A stretch of DNA of 32,000 bases, from assembly GCF_001457595.1 (NCBI RefSeq), contig NZ_LN831039.1, positions 120,001-152,000 of the forward strand. The letters are read 5' to 3'. The translations under genes were made by a program, and so were the position numbers. Shown in pieces: positions 1-9,137 of the stretch. Under the pieces are notes generated by a model, which made no database searches, was not told the DNA's origin, and saw only the letters and a program-made list of their open reading frames with translations. This DNA comes from Mycolicibacterium smegmatis (GTDB lineage Bacteria; Actinomycetota; Actinomycetes; Mycobacteriales; Mycobacteriaceae). The first letter of the stretch is position 1. Each line of letters starts with the position of its first letter.

Positions 1-680
1 GAGGCCAACTGATCGGCGATGCGGGTGGCCGACGAGACCAGGTAGCGCGCCAGGCCGGACACCCCGGAGTCACGGCGATGCGCCGAGCGCTGCGTCTTCT
101 CGGGATCGGCGCGCAGCACGATCCACGTGCGCCGGTTGGCCGGCGCCGGATAGGGTCCCACCACCTGCTCGTAGAGCGCGATCAGGCTGGCCGGCGCGGT
201 CTTGCCGACGCGGTAGCCGGCCGAGACCACATCGGCCTCGAGGTCGGGGCAGTGCGCCTCGAGCAGTCGCTCGACCAATTTGGTGCTCACCACGTCGTCG
301 GTCATCGCGCTGCCGTTGACGATCACGGTCGGCGTGAAAGGCCTTGGCACCAGTTCGATCACGGCGATGAGATAGTCACCCTGCCAGCGCACCGCGACGT
401 GGTCGCCGGGCATCACGGTGGCACCGACGGCGGGTTCCGATGCGACGTCGGGCGTGCTGCGGTGGCGTCGTCGCCACGAGAAGATCGCGCGCACCCACCC
501 GGTGATCCGCAGGCCGCGGATGGTGAGCACCGAGAACAACGCGATGAGTGCGCCGAGGGTGATGCCCAGCCACAGCAGATCGAAGTGCATGCAGACCGCG
601 ATGCACGCCGGGATCAACGTGGCAGCCCAGATGCCGTGCCCGGTGGTGAACCGGAAACCGAACTGCCGCAAGAAGTTCAT
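1..680 (-). CDS. eccE1: ESX-1 type VII secretion protein EccE1 (partial, C-terminus outside the window)
   Basis: Minus-strand frame from ATG at 680 translates MNFLRQFGFRFTTGHGIWAATLIPACIAVCMHFDLLWLG...GDHVAVRWQGDYLIAVIELVPRPFTPTVIVNG...CPDLEADVVSAGYRVG...PAPANRRTWIVLRADPEKTQRSAHRRDSGVSGLARYLVSSATRIADQL, closely resembling recalled M. tuberculosis EccE1 (Rv3882c). Not in the ORF track because it runs off the edge. Start overlaps the mycP1 stop (ATGA). Confidence 0.9.
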   Translation of the reverse strand, partial: MNFLRQFGFRFTTGHGIWAATLIPACIAVCMHFDLLWLGITLGALIALFSVLTIRGLRITGWVRAIFSWRRRHRSTPDVASEPAVGATVMPGDHVAVRWQGDYLIAVIELVPRPFTPTVIVNGSAMTDDVVSTKLVERLLEAHCPDLEADVVSAGYRVGKTAPASLIALYEQVVGPYPAPANRRTWIVLRADPEKTQRSAHRRDSGVSGLARYLVSSATRIADQLA

Positions 681-2026
681 TGCTTCCGCCTCAGGGCGCG
701 CCGTGCCAGCGCGCCGACACCGAGAGCGAAGGCCAGGGTGGCCCCGGCGATCACGACGGCTGTGATCGGTCCGCGGTCCGGCGGCGGGATGTACACCGGC
801 GGCGGAACTTCCTTGACCCGGAACGGAGCCTTCTCGGGCCCGTCGGGGATCTCCCAGGTGAGCGCGGCGACGGGGTCGATCACCCCGGCGCCGACGTAGT
901 TGTCCACGCCGCCACCGGGATGGCGCGCCGTCGCGGTGATGCGGTTGATGACCTGCGCGGGGGTGAGGTCCGGGAAGCGCTGCTTGATGAGCGCGGCAAG
1001 ACCGGACACATACGCGGCCGAGAACGACGTGCCGTTCAGCGGCACCGGCCCGTCCTCGCCGGGAGTGGCATTGACGGGCTGGCCGTCGTAACCGAGTGAG
1101 GTGAGGTTCTCGCCGGGTGCGGCGGCCCCCACCCACGGGCCCGACATGGAGAAGTTGCTGGGCTGGCCGTTCTGGCCGATGCTGCCGACCGTGAGGACCA
1201 GCGGGTCGTACCAGGCCGGGCTCACGATGGTCTGCACTTCGCGCCAGCCGCGCGGATCGGACGGCACCGACGGGTCCGGCGGCGGGTTCTGCGAGCAGTC
1301 CTGGCCCGTGTTGCCCGCGGCGACCACGATGACGGCGCCCTTGACGTTCACGGCGTAGTTGATCGCGGCGCCGAGCGACGTCTCGTCGATGCGGCGGGTC
1401 ACCTTGTAGCAGGCGGCCTCACTGATGTTGATCACCTGTGCACCGAGGTTCGCGGCGTGCACGACGGAGCGGGCGAGGCTGCGGATCGAGCCTGCGGTCT
1501 GGGTGGTGTTCGGATCGTTGGGATCCTGACGGGCGCCCTTCGGTTGGAACGCGACCGAGGTCTGCCGCAAAGAAAGAAGTCGCACATCGGGCGCCATACC
1601 GACGAACCCGTCGGTGGGGGAGGGGCGACCGCCGATGATTGCCGCGGTCATGGTGCCGTGCGCGTCGCAGTCCGACATTCCGTTGCCTGCCGCGTCGACG
1701 AAGTCGCCGCCGGGTTCGGCCGGGACCCGGGGGGACCCGTTCACGCCGGTGTCGATCACCGCGACGGTCACGCCGGCGCCGGTGGCAAATTTCTGCGCCT
1801 CCTGGATGCGGAGGTAGTCGTTTGCCCACGGGCGGTCGGCGAAGTTCGAGTTGGGCATCACCGTCGGCGTCGCGCAGATCTTGCGCTGCTCGGTGGGCTG
1901 GTCGGGGCCGGTTTCGTCAGGTGGTACGGCTCCGGCGTCGATGATCGGGGGATCGATCGCCCACGCCGGGGGCGCACTGAACAAAGCCAGCAAAACTGCC
2001 AGCACCATGACGGCTACGCGCTGCAC
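677..2026 (-). CDS. mycP1: Mycosin-1, membrane-anchored subtilisin-like serine protease of ESX-1
   Basis: 449 aa; N-terminal signal sequence (VMVLAVLLALFSAPPAWA), catalytic triad motifs VIDTGV (Asp), DAHGT (His), GTSFSAAYV (Ser), C-terminal TM helix ITAVVIAGATLAFALGVGALARRALRRKQ; GTG start at 2026 preceded by GGGGAG; adjacent to eccE1. Confidence 0.95.
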   Translation of the reverse strand: MQRVAVMVLAVLLALFSAPPAWAIDPPIIDAGAVPPDETGPDQPTEQRKICATPTVMPNSNFADRPWANDYLRIQEAQKFATGAGVTVAVIDTGVNGSPRVPAEPGGDFVDAAGNGMSDCDAHGTMTAAIIGGRPSPTDGFVGMAPDVRLLSLRQTSVAFQPKGARQDPNDPNTTQTAGSIRSLARSVVHAANLGAQVINISEAACYKVTRRIDETSLGAAINYAVNVKGAVIVVAAGNTGQDCSQNPPPDPSVPSDPRGWREVQTIVSPAWYDPLVLTVGSIGQNGQPSNFSMSGPWVGAAAPGENLTSLGYDGQPVNATPGEDGPVPLNGTSFSAAYVSGLAALIKQRFPDLTPAQVINRITATARHPGGGVDNYVGAGVIDPVAALTWEIPDGPEKAPFRVKEVPPPVYIPPPDRGPITAVVIAGATLAFALGVGALARRALRRKQ

Positions 2027-2255
2027 GCCTCACACTCCCCCAACAAGAATTGATCCGACCGCCGCGGGCCGGAGCCCCCCAGCAAACAGATCGGTGTCTG
2101 CGCAGACAAGCATCTTCTCATGCCGAGCCGGCGGGCACTTCGCACGTTGGAAGTCTATGGGCATCACGATCACGCCGATGACGCTTTTTTACCTGCCCGG
2201 AAATCCCGGCCGCAGGCGATCAGAAATTGACGCAAATGTAGAACCCGGCAAAGAC

Positions 2256-2513
2256 TTACGCGTCGAGATCCTGTTCGACCAGTTCGGCAACCTTGGCGAG
2301 CACATCGGCATCGTCGGACGACACGGTGACCTGGGCGCCCTTCTCCGCGCCGAGCGTCATGATCATCAGCGCCGAACCGGCGTCGACGGGTTCGCCGCCG
2401 TCCATGGAAAGGGACACGGGTACACCGGCGTTCACCACGGCCTCGGCGATGATGGCCGCGGGGCGCGCGTGCAGGCCGACGGCCGACCCGACGGTGACGG
2501 TCTTGCTGGGCAT
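2256..2513 (-). CDS. ptsH: Phosphocarrier protein HPr
   Basis: 85 aa from MPSKTVTVGSAVGLHARPAAIIAEA...; HPr His site motif GLHARPA. The ORF-track entry 2256..2645 is 5'-extended; the ATG at 2513 is the conserved start. Confidence 0.95.
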   Translation of the reverse strand: MPSKTVTVGSAVGLHARPAAIIAEAVVNAGVPVSLSMDGGEPVDAGSALMIMTLGAEKGAQVTVSSDDADVLAKVAELVEQDLDA

Positions 2514-2524
2514 GGCTTCTCCTC

Positions 2525-4540
2525 TTATGTGGTGGCCAGCGCCGGTGCCTCCGGCGTGGTGACGGGACGTTTGGTGAACTGTTTGGCGGTGATGACGGTC
2601 AGCGCGCTGACGACGCTGCCGATCGCCACCGCGATGACGAACCACAGCAGGTTGCCGATCGCGAAGAACACGAAGATGCCGCCGTGGGGCGCACGCAGCG
2701 TGACGGCCGCGGCCATGACGGTCGCCCCGGTCACGGCCCCGCCCAGCATCATCGACGGGATCACACGCAGCGGGTCGGCCGCCGCGAACGGGATGGCGCC
2801 CTCGGTGATGAACGATGCGCCCAGCAGCCAGGCCGCGCGTCCGTTCTCCCGCTCGGGCTCACTGAACAACCGGGGCCGGATCACGGTGGCCAGCGCCATG
2901 GCCAGCGGTGGCACCATGCCCGCGGCCATCACCGCTGCCATGATCTGCAGGTTGGCCTGGGTGGGATTGACCAGGCTCGCGGTGGCGAATGCGTAGGCCG
3001 CCTTGTTGACCGGGCCGCCCAGGTCGAAGCACATCATCAGGCCGAGGATGACGCCCAGCGCAATCGCCGAACCGCCGGACAGACCACCGAGCCAGTTGGT
3101 CAGGCCCGAGGTCAGCGCAGCGAGTGGCCGTCCCAGGAGCAGGAACATCAGCAGTCCGACGACCATCGAGGCGAACAGCGGGATCACGACGACGGGCATG
3201 AGCCCACGTGCCCACTGCGGCACCCCGATCCGGCTGATCCACAGGGCGGCGAACCCGGCGATCAGACCGCCGACGATGCCCCCGATGAATCCGCCGCCGA
3301 CGAACACCGCGACCGCGCCGGCGGTGAAACCCGGTGCGATACCGGGCCGGTCGGCGATCGCGAACGCGATGTAGCCGGCCAGCGCGGGCACCAGGAAGGA
3401 AAAGGCCAGCCCGCCGAGCGTGAACAGCACCGCCCCGAGGTACTGCGCCACTCCGCCGCTGGGAAGGTTGGTCAGCGAGTTGTGCGTGGCGATGATGTTG
3501 CCCAGCGACTGCGTCTCGCCGTCGGGGGTGTTCCCGATCTCGTAGCCCGCCAACAGGAATCCGAGTGCGATCAGCAGACCGCCCGCGGCGACGAACGGGA
3601 TCATGTAGCTCACGCCGGTGAGCAGGATCTGCCGGATGCGGGTGCCCCATCCGACGTCACCCGCGGGCGCGGAAGCGGACTCGGCGGCCTGCCCGGCGAC
3701 CCGAGGCGCGCCGGGATCACTTGCGGCGCTGATGGCTTCGGCCACCATCTTGTCGGGCTCGTTGATCGCGCGTTTGACGCCCGAGGCGATGACGGGTTTA
3801 CCCGCGAAACGCTGCCGGTCCTTGACGCCGACATCAGTGGCGAAGATGACCGCATCGGCCGCGGCGATGGTCTCTGCCGACAGCGGCGTGCTGCCCGCCG
3901 AGCCCTGGGTTTCGACGGTGCACGCCACGCCGGCCTTCTCGGCGGCCGCCTTGAGCGCGTCGGCGGCCATGTAGGTGTGCGCGATCCCGGTGGGACACGA
4001 GGTGACGGCGACTATCGACACGCTCTTGTCGGCAGCAGGCTTCGGCTCGGCAGCAGGCTTCGGCGCGGACGCAGGCGGTGCGGCGGCGGGCTTGACCGCC
4101 GAGTTCACCAGTTCCACGACCTCCTGGGTGCTGGACGCCGAGCGCAGGGATTCGACGAAATCCTTGCGCACCAACGCCCGGGCCAGGCTGGAGAGCAGCT
4201 TCATGTGCTCGGACCCACCGGATTCCGGCGCGGCGATCAGGAACGCGAGATCGGCCGGGCCGTCAGGGGCGCCGAAGTCGACCTTCGGGTCGAGCCGGGC
4301 GAATCCGATGGTCGCGGTGTCGACGTACGGGGAGCGGCAGTGCGGTATCGCGATGCCGCCGGGCAACCCGGTCGCCGACTGTGCCTCGCGGGCCATCGCC
4401 GCACCCACCAGGCCCGCGGTGTCACTTGCGCGGCCCGCACCGCCGAGGGCGCCGGCCAGCCGGGCGATGACCGCCTCCTTGTCGCTGCCGGCATCGACAT
4501 CGAGCAGGACCAGATCGTCGGTGATGATCGGTTGGGTCAT
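2525..4540 (-). CDS. fruA: Fructose-specific PTS EIIABC component
   Basis: 671 aa; N-terminal EIIA (GIAIPHCRSPYV), Ala/Pro linker, EIIB (VAVTSCPTGIAHTYMAADAL), C-terminal multi-TM EIIC (YMIPFVAAGGLLIALGFLLAG..., MMCFDLGGPVNKAAYAFA). ATGA overlap with fruK. Confidence 0.95.
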   Translation of the reverse strand: MTQPIITDDLVLLDVDAGSDKEAVIARLAGALGGAGRASDTAGLVGAAMAREAQSATGLPGGIAIPHCRSPYVDTATIGFARLDPKVDFGAPDGPADLAFLIAAPESGGSEHMKLLSSLARALVRKDFVESLRSASSTQEVVELVNSAVKPAAAPPASAPKPAAEPKPAADKSVSIVAVTSCPTGIAHTYMAADALKAAAEKAGVACTVETQGSAGSTPLSAETIAAADAVIFATDVGVKDRQRFAGKPVIASGVKRAINEPDKMVAEAISAASDPGAPRVAGQAAESASAPAGDVGWGTRIRQILLTGVSYMIPFVAAGGLLIALGFLLAGYEIGNTPDGETQSLGNIIATHNSLTNLPSGGVAQYLGAVLFTLGGLAFSFLVPALAGYIAFAIADRPGIAPGFTAGAVAVFVGGGFIGGIVGGLIAGFAALWISRIGVPQWARGLMPVVVIPLFASMVVGLLMFLLLGRPLAALTSGLTNWLGGLSGGSAIALGVILGLMMCFDLGGPVNKAAYAFATASLVNPTQANLQIMAAVMAAGMVPPLAMALATVIRPRLFSEPERENGRAAWLLGASFITEGAIPFAAADPLRVIPSMMLGGAVTGATVMAAAVTLRAPHGGIFVFFAIGNLLWFVIAVAIGSVVSALTVITAKQFTKRPVTTPEAPALATT

Positions 4541-5520
4541 TGCAGCACTTCCCGGTTGGTGGTGATGAGGTCAGTGACGCGGACGGCGTCGAGATCGAGT
4601 TGTGCGGGCACGGGCAGCGCCGATCCCGGGAGAGCCGCGGCCGCGCCGCCGTAGGCGACCGCCATGCGCAGCCGCTGGGACGGTTCGGCGCCGCCGACCT
4701 CGGCCCGCAGGTAACCGGCGAGCGACGCGTCCCCGGCGCCGACGGTACTGCGCGCGGTGATGGGCGGTGGCGCGGCGAACCAGGCGCCCGTGCCGTCGAC
4801 CAGCACCGCACCGGCGGCGCCCAGTGTCGCGAGCACCGCGCCGACGCCCCGCTCGACGAGCTTGACCGCGGCCGCGACGACGAGGGACAGATCGCCCTCG
4901 GCGACCGTGGTCTCCAGGTCGGCTTCGGCGACACCGGAGATGCTCGCGAGTTCCTCGACGTTGGGCTTCATCAGCTCGGGAGACGCCGTGCTGAGTTTCG
5001 AGGCCAGCGCGGCCAGCGGAGCGTCTGAGGTGTCGACGGCCACGCGGCACGGCAGGGGTGCCAGCTTCGCGACGACGTCGGCGTACCACTGCGGCGGCAC
5101 TCCCGGCGGCAGCGAACCCGACAGCACGACCCACGCCGCATGTTGCGCCTCGTCCACGACGCACCGCGTGATCGCATCGAGCGCCGCGGCGTCGAGGGTG
5201 GCCCCACGCTCGTTGAGTTTGGTTGTGGTGCCGTCGTTTTCGGTGATCGCGATGTTGGTGCGCACCGGTTCGGCGATCGGGACCGCCGTGAACGGCACGT
5301 CGGCACACCGCAGCGCGGTCAGCAGCGGATCGTCGGTGGCAGCGGGCAGCAGTGCCAGCGCGTCCACACCGGCCGATGTGAGCGCCTTGGCCACGTTGAT
5401 GCCTTTACCGCCGGCCTCGACGGTCACCGAGTCGACGCGTTGCACGGCGCCGCGGGTGAGCGGGGCCGTGAGCGTGACCGTACGGTCGAGGCTCGGGTTG
5501 AGGGTGACGGTGACGATCAT
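4537..5520 (-). CDS. fruK: 1-phosphofructokinase (PfkB family)
   Basis: 327 aa MIVTVTLNPSLDRTVTLTAPLTRGAVQRVDSVTVEAGGKGINVAKAL...; C-terminal STVGAGDASLAGYLRA PfkB signature; between fruR and fruA. Confidence 0.93.
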   Translation of the reverse strand: MIVTVTLNPSLDRTVTLTAPLTRGAVQRVDSVTVEAGGKGINVAKALTSAGVDALALLPAATDDPLLTALRCADVPFTAVPIAEPVRTNIAITENDGTTTKLNERGATLDAAALDAITRCVVDEAQHAAWVVLSGSLPPGVPPQWYADVVAKLAPLPCRVAVDTSDAPLAALASKLSTASPELMKPNVEELASISGVAEADLETTVAEGDLSLVVAAAVKLVERGVGAVLATLGAAGAVLVDGTGAWFAAPPPITARSTVGAGDASLAGYLRAEVGGAEPSQRLRMAVAYGGAAAALPGSALPVPAQLDLDAVRVTDLITTNREVLQ

Positions 5521-6284
5521 GCGATCACCACCTCGACGCCCTGCTCGGTGAGCCCGTCGCGGTCGGCCGGGTCGATCTCGTCGTCGGTGATGAGCGTGTC
5601 GACGCAGTCGATGGGCGCGAAGCGGATGAGGTCCTCCTGGCCCATCTTCGACGAATCAGCGACGACGACAACGTAATTGGCGGCGCTCACCATGGCCCGC
5701 TTGACCGCGGCCTCGTCGGTGTCCGGGGTGGACAGGCCGTGCCGCAGGCTGATGGCGTTGGTGCCGATGAAGGCGATGTCGACGCGCAGCGCGTCGAGCA
5801 CTCGCAACGCCTGCTCGCCGACCGCGGCCTGCGTGAGTCCGCGGACGCGTCCGCCCAGCAGTTGCAGCGTGACGTTGGGCATCGCGGCCACGCGTGACGC
5901 GATGGGCACCGAGTTGGTGACGATCGTGAGCTCGCGGTCGGTCGGCAGGTGGGCCGCCACGCGGGCCGTCGTCGTCCCGGCGTCCAGCAGCACGCTCGAT
6001 CCCGTCGGAGGAAAGAACTCGGCGGCGGCCGCGGCGATGGCATCCTTTTGTTCGGCGCGGGTGCTGTCGCGTTCACCCACGCCGGCCTCCACGAGATGCA
6101 GCGTCCGCACCGGCACGGCCCCGCCGTGTACCCGCCGCACCACGCCTGCCCGGTCGAGGACCGCGAGATCGCGGCGCACGGTCTCGGTGGTGACGTCGTA
6201 GGCCTGGGCCAGCTCCGCGACGGAGGCGCGGCCCCGGCTCAGCACCAGGGCGGCGATCGCCTGTTGGCGCTCTTCGGCGTACAT
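5517..6284 (-). CDS. fruR: DeoR-family transcriptional regulator of the fructose PTS operon
   Basis: 255 aa from MYAEERQQAIAALVLSRGRASVAELAQAYDVTTETVRRDLAVLDRAGVVRRVHGGAV (DeoR HTH) plus DeoRC sensor domain (TTARVAAHLP...TNSVPIA). Track ORF start at 6308 possible; 6284 preferred. ATGA overlap with fruK. Confidence 0.88.
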   Translation of the reverse strand: MYAEERQQAIAALVLSRGRASVAELAQAYDVTTETVRRDLAVLDRAGVVRRVHGGAVPVRTLHLVEAGVGERDSTRAEQKDAIAAAAAEFFPPTGSSVLLDAGTTTARVAAHLPTDRELTIVTNSVPIASRVAAMPNVTLQLLGGRVRGLTQAAVGEQALRVLDALRVDIAFIGTNAISLRHGLSTPDTDEAAVKRAMVSAANYVVVVADSSKMGQEDLIRFAPIDCVDTLITDDEIDPADRDGLTEQGVEVVIA

Positions 6285-6386
6285 GGGCCTCCGTTTGTGT
6301 GGCTTCAAGGCCGCTTGGATGTTGATATGTGTTGTTTTACGCCTGTCTGTGTTGCTGTGTCAACGATTTCTTGTAATCTCTCTCAC
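6285..6386. promoter_or_regulatory. Divergent promoter/operator region between fruR-fruKA-ptsH and ptsI
   Basis: 102-bp intergenic region between divergent PTS genes; contains TGTGTTG at 6328-6334 and again at 6348-6354 (20-bp period) plus TGTGTGG at 6296-6302. Confidence 0.6.
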
Positions 6387-8060
6387 ATGAGCGCCTCGTC
6401 CGTTCCCGTCTTACACGGAGTTCCTGTGGTTCCGGGGGTGCGGTACGCCCCGGTCATCCGGCCCGGGCGGCTGCCCGTGATCGACCTGCCGGACACCGAG
6501 GTCGCAGAGCCGGACCGCGCCGCCGAGGCCGGCCGCTTCCGGGCGGCGGCCACCGCCGTCACCGAGCGGCTGCGCGCCCGCGCGGACCGTGCCACGGGCG
6601 CCGCGGCCGAGGTGCTCGGGGCGACGGCGACGCTCGCGCAGGACCGCGCCTGGCTGGGTGCGGCAGACAAACGTATCGCCGCGGGCGCCCCCGCGGTACG
6701 TGCGGTCTCCGAAGCCGTGGATCAGTTCATCGACATGTTCACGAAGATGGGCGGCCTGATGGCCGAGCGCGTGACCGATCTGCGTGACATCCGCGACCGC
6801 GTCGTCGCCGAGCTGTCCGGATACCCCGAGCCCGGGGTCCCGCTCCCGGAGCTCCCTTCGATCCTGTGCGCGACGGATCTCGCGCCCGCCGACACCGCGG
6901 GCCTGGACCCCGAACTGGTCGTCGGGCTCGCCACCACGCTCGGCGGGCCCACCAGTCACACCGCGATCATCGCGCGCCAACTGGGCATACCGTGCGTGGT
7001 CGCGGTGTCGGGCCTCGACGACATCGAAGCCGGACGTATGGTCCTGCTCGACGGCACCGCGGGCACCGTCACCGCCGATCCTGACCCGTCGGAGGCCGCG
7101 ACCGCGGTCGACGCCGCACGGCGGTCCGCGGCGACCGCACGCAACTGGCACGGGCCCGGTGCCACCGGCGACGGGCACGCGGTCGCGATCATGGCCAATG
7201 TGGCCGACGGCGCGGCCGCCCGGGCCGCGCGTGAGACCCCGGCCGAGGGCATCGGCCTGTTCCGTACCGAACTGTGCTTTCTCAACCGCGACACCGAGCC
7301 GACCGTCGCGGAGCAGGCCGCGATCTACGGCGAGGTGCTCGACGCGTTCTCCGGCGCGAAAGTGGTGATCCGCACGCTCGACGCGGGTTCGGACAAACCG
7401 CTGAAATTCGCGGGTCACCCGCCCGCGGAGGCCAACCCGGCACTCGGGGTGCGCGGCATCCGCATCGCCGAGGCCAACCCGGGACTGCTCGAGCACCAAC
7501 TCGACGCCATCGCCGAGGCAGCCGAGAACACCGGAACCGCCCCGTGGGTCATGGCGCCCATGATCGCCACCCCGGACGAGGCGAAAAGGTTTGCCGCACA
7601 GGTCCGTTCACGCGGACTGACACCCGGCGTGATGGTCGAGGTACCCGCGGCCGCGTTGCTCGCCGAGCGGATCCTCGACCACGTCGACTTCCTGTCGATC
7701 GGCACCAACGATCTGGCGCAGTACACGATGGCCGCCGACCGGATGTCGGCCGAACTCGCGGCCCTGACCGATCCGTGGCAGCCCGCCGTCCTGGCTCTCG
7801 TGGGTACCGCCGCGCGGGCAGGCGCGGCCGCCGACAAGCCCGTGGGGGTGTGCGGTGAGGCCGCGGCCGACCCGCTGCTCGCGTGCGTTCTGGTGGGCCT
7901 CGGGGTGACCTCGCTGTCGGCGGCAGCGGCCGCGATTCCGTCGGTGGGCGCCAAGTTGGCGACGGTCACCGTGCAGCAGTGCCGTGAGGCCGCGCGGGCC
8001 GTGCTCGCGACCGCCGGTCCGGCCGAGGCGCGGGCCGCTGCGCTGGGCATTCTCACCTGA
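6387..8060 (+). CDS. ptsI: PTS enzyme I, phosphoenolpyruvate-protein phosphotransferase
   Basis: 557 aa from MSASSVPVLHGVPVVPGVRYAPV...; active-site GGPTSHTAIIARQLGIPCVV; GIGLFRTELCFLNR and MAPMIATPDEAKRFA PEP-utiliser motifs; SIGTNDLAQYTMAADR. Track ORF 5949..8060 is 5'-extended into fruR. Confidence 0.95.
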   Translation: MSASSVPVLHGVPVVPGVRYAPVIRPGRLPVIDLPDTEVAEPDRAAEAGRFRAAATAVTERLRARADRATGAAAEVLGATATLAQDRAWLGAADKRIAAGAPAVRAVSEAVDQFIDMFTKMGGLMAERVTDLRDIRDRVVAELSGYPEPGVPLPELPSILCATDLAPADTAGLDPELVVGLATTLGGPTSHTAIIARQLGIPCVVAVSGLDDIEAGRMVLLDGTAGTVTADPDPSEAATAVDAARRSAATARNWHGPGATGDGHAVAIMANVADGAAARAARETPAEGIGLFRTELCFLNRDTEPTVAEQAAIYGEVLDAFSGAKVVIRTLDAGSDKPLKFAGHPPAEANPALGVRGIRIAEANPGLLEHQLDAIAEAAENTGTAPWVMAPMIATPDEAKRFAAQVRSRGLTPGVMVEVPAAALLAERILDHVDFLSIGTNDLAQYTMAADRMSAELAALTDPWQPAVLALVGTAARAGAAADKPVGVCGEAAADPLLACVLVGLGVTSLSAAAAAIPSVGAKLATVTVQQCREAARAVLATAGPAEARAAALGILT

Positions 8061-8123
8061 CGGAATAATCGGACCACGGTCCGGTTATATGGGTATCATC
8101 TCAGGTACCCCAGGGAGGTATTG

Positions 8124-9098
8124 ATGCCGGCCATCACCGCAGACGCGTTGACTCTGCCCCGCATCGCGGCCCCGTCCGCGGCGGACACCGAACGCCCGGT
8201 CCGCTCCATCACCACCGGACCACGTGGTTACGAGGGCGAGGGATTCCCGGTTGTGCGCGCCTTCGCGGGTGTGAGCGCAGCCGACCTCGACCCGTTCGTC
8301 CACATGGACCAGATGGGTGAGGTCGAATACGAACCCGGCGAACCGCGGGGCACCGACTGGCACCCGCACCGCGGGTTCGAGACCGTCACCTACATGATCG
8401 ACGGCCGCTTCGCCCACCAGGATTCCCACGGTGGCGGCGGGCTGATCACCGACGGCGCGACCCAGTGGATGACGGCGGGCTCGGGAATCCTGCACATCGA
8501 GACCCCGCCCGCCGAACTCGTCGAGAGCGGCGGGGTGTTCCACGGCATCCAGCTGTGGGTGAACCTGCCACGCAAGGACAAGTTCGCCAGCCCCCGCTAC
8601 CAGGCGATCGAGGGTGGCCAGGTCAAGCTCCTGTCGAGCTCCGACGGCGGTGCGCTGGTGCGCATCATCGCCGGTGAGATCGGAGGCGAGCAGGGTCCGG
8701 GCAGCACCTACACGCCGATCACCATGGCACACAGCACCATCGAGCCCGGCGCGCAGTTGAACCTGCCGTGGAACCGTGACTTCAACGCGCTGGTGTACGT
8801 GCTGTCCGGCCGCGGCAGCGTCGGCCCGGTCGGACATCCGATCCGCCAGGGCCAGCTCGCGGTGTTCGGCCCGGGTGACCGGATCACGATCACCGCGGAC
8901 GCCTCGCAGGACTCGAACCGGCCCGCGTTGGAGGTTCTGTTGCTGGGGGGCAAGCCGATTCGTGAACCGGTCTTCCACTACGGCCCGTTCGTGATGAACT
9001 CGAAGTCGGAGTTGATCCAGGCCCTCGAGGACTACCAGGCAGGCAGGTTCGGGCAGATCCCGGCGAACGCGCTCATGCCGCACCGGCCGCTGGACTGA
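8124..9098 (+). CDS. Pirin family protein
   Basis: 324 aa with pirin cupin motifs (PFVHMDQMGEVEYEPGEPRGTDWHPHRGFETVTYMIDGRFAHQDSHGGGGLITDGATQWMTAGSGILHIETPP); GGGAGG Shine-Dalgarno at 8112-8117; ATG 8124 (TTG 8121 also in frame). Confidence 0.92.
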   Translation: MPAITADALTLPRIAAPSAADTERPVRSITTGPRGYEGEGFPVVRAFAGVSAADLDPFVHMDQMGEVEYEPGEPRGTDWHPHRGFETVTYMIDGRFAHQDSHGGGGLITDGATQWMTAGSGILHIETPPAELVESGGVFHGIQLWVNLPRKDKFASPRYQAIEGGQVKLLSSSDGGALVRIIAGEIGGEQGPGSTYTPITMAHSTIEPGAQLNLPWNRDFNALVYVLSGRGSVGPVGHPIRQGQLAVFGPGDRITITADASQDSNRPALEVLLLGGKPIREPVFHYGPFVMNSKSELIQALEDYQAGRFGQIPANALMPHRPLD

Positions 9099-9137
9099 CC
9101 GTCACGGCGCGGCGATCGATCGCGAACGGTCGCGGCG

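Noticed and set aside
2029-2172. 47-codon minus-strand ORF (VIVMPIDFQRAKCPPARHEKMLVC...GGV) ending just upstream of mycP1
   Set aside because: No SD, no recognised motif, two Cys but not adjacent, and the region is a plausible untranslated leader; insufficient evidence.
2184-2189. T-tract (CGCTTTTTTACC) as a possible terminator
   Set aside because: On the plus strand nothing is transcribed toward it that needs termination; on the minus strand it is an A-tract, with only a weak 4-bp CCGG/CCGG stem near it.
2684-4654. 656-aa plus-strand ORF opposite fruA
   Set aside because: Shadow ORF: RGHDGRRG-type low-complexity composition and complete overlap with a confident EIIABC gene.
5949-6386. N-terminal extension of ptsI in the ORF track (146 codons)
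   Set aside because: Enzyme I homology begins at MSASSVPVLHGV (6387); the extension is antisense to fruR and crosses the divergent promoter.
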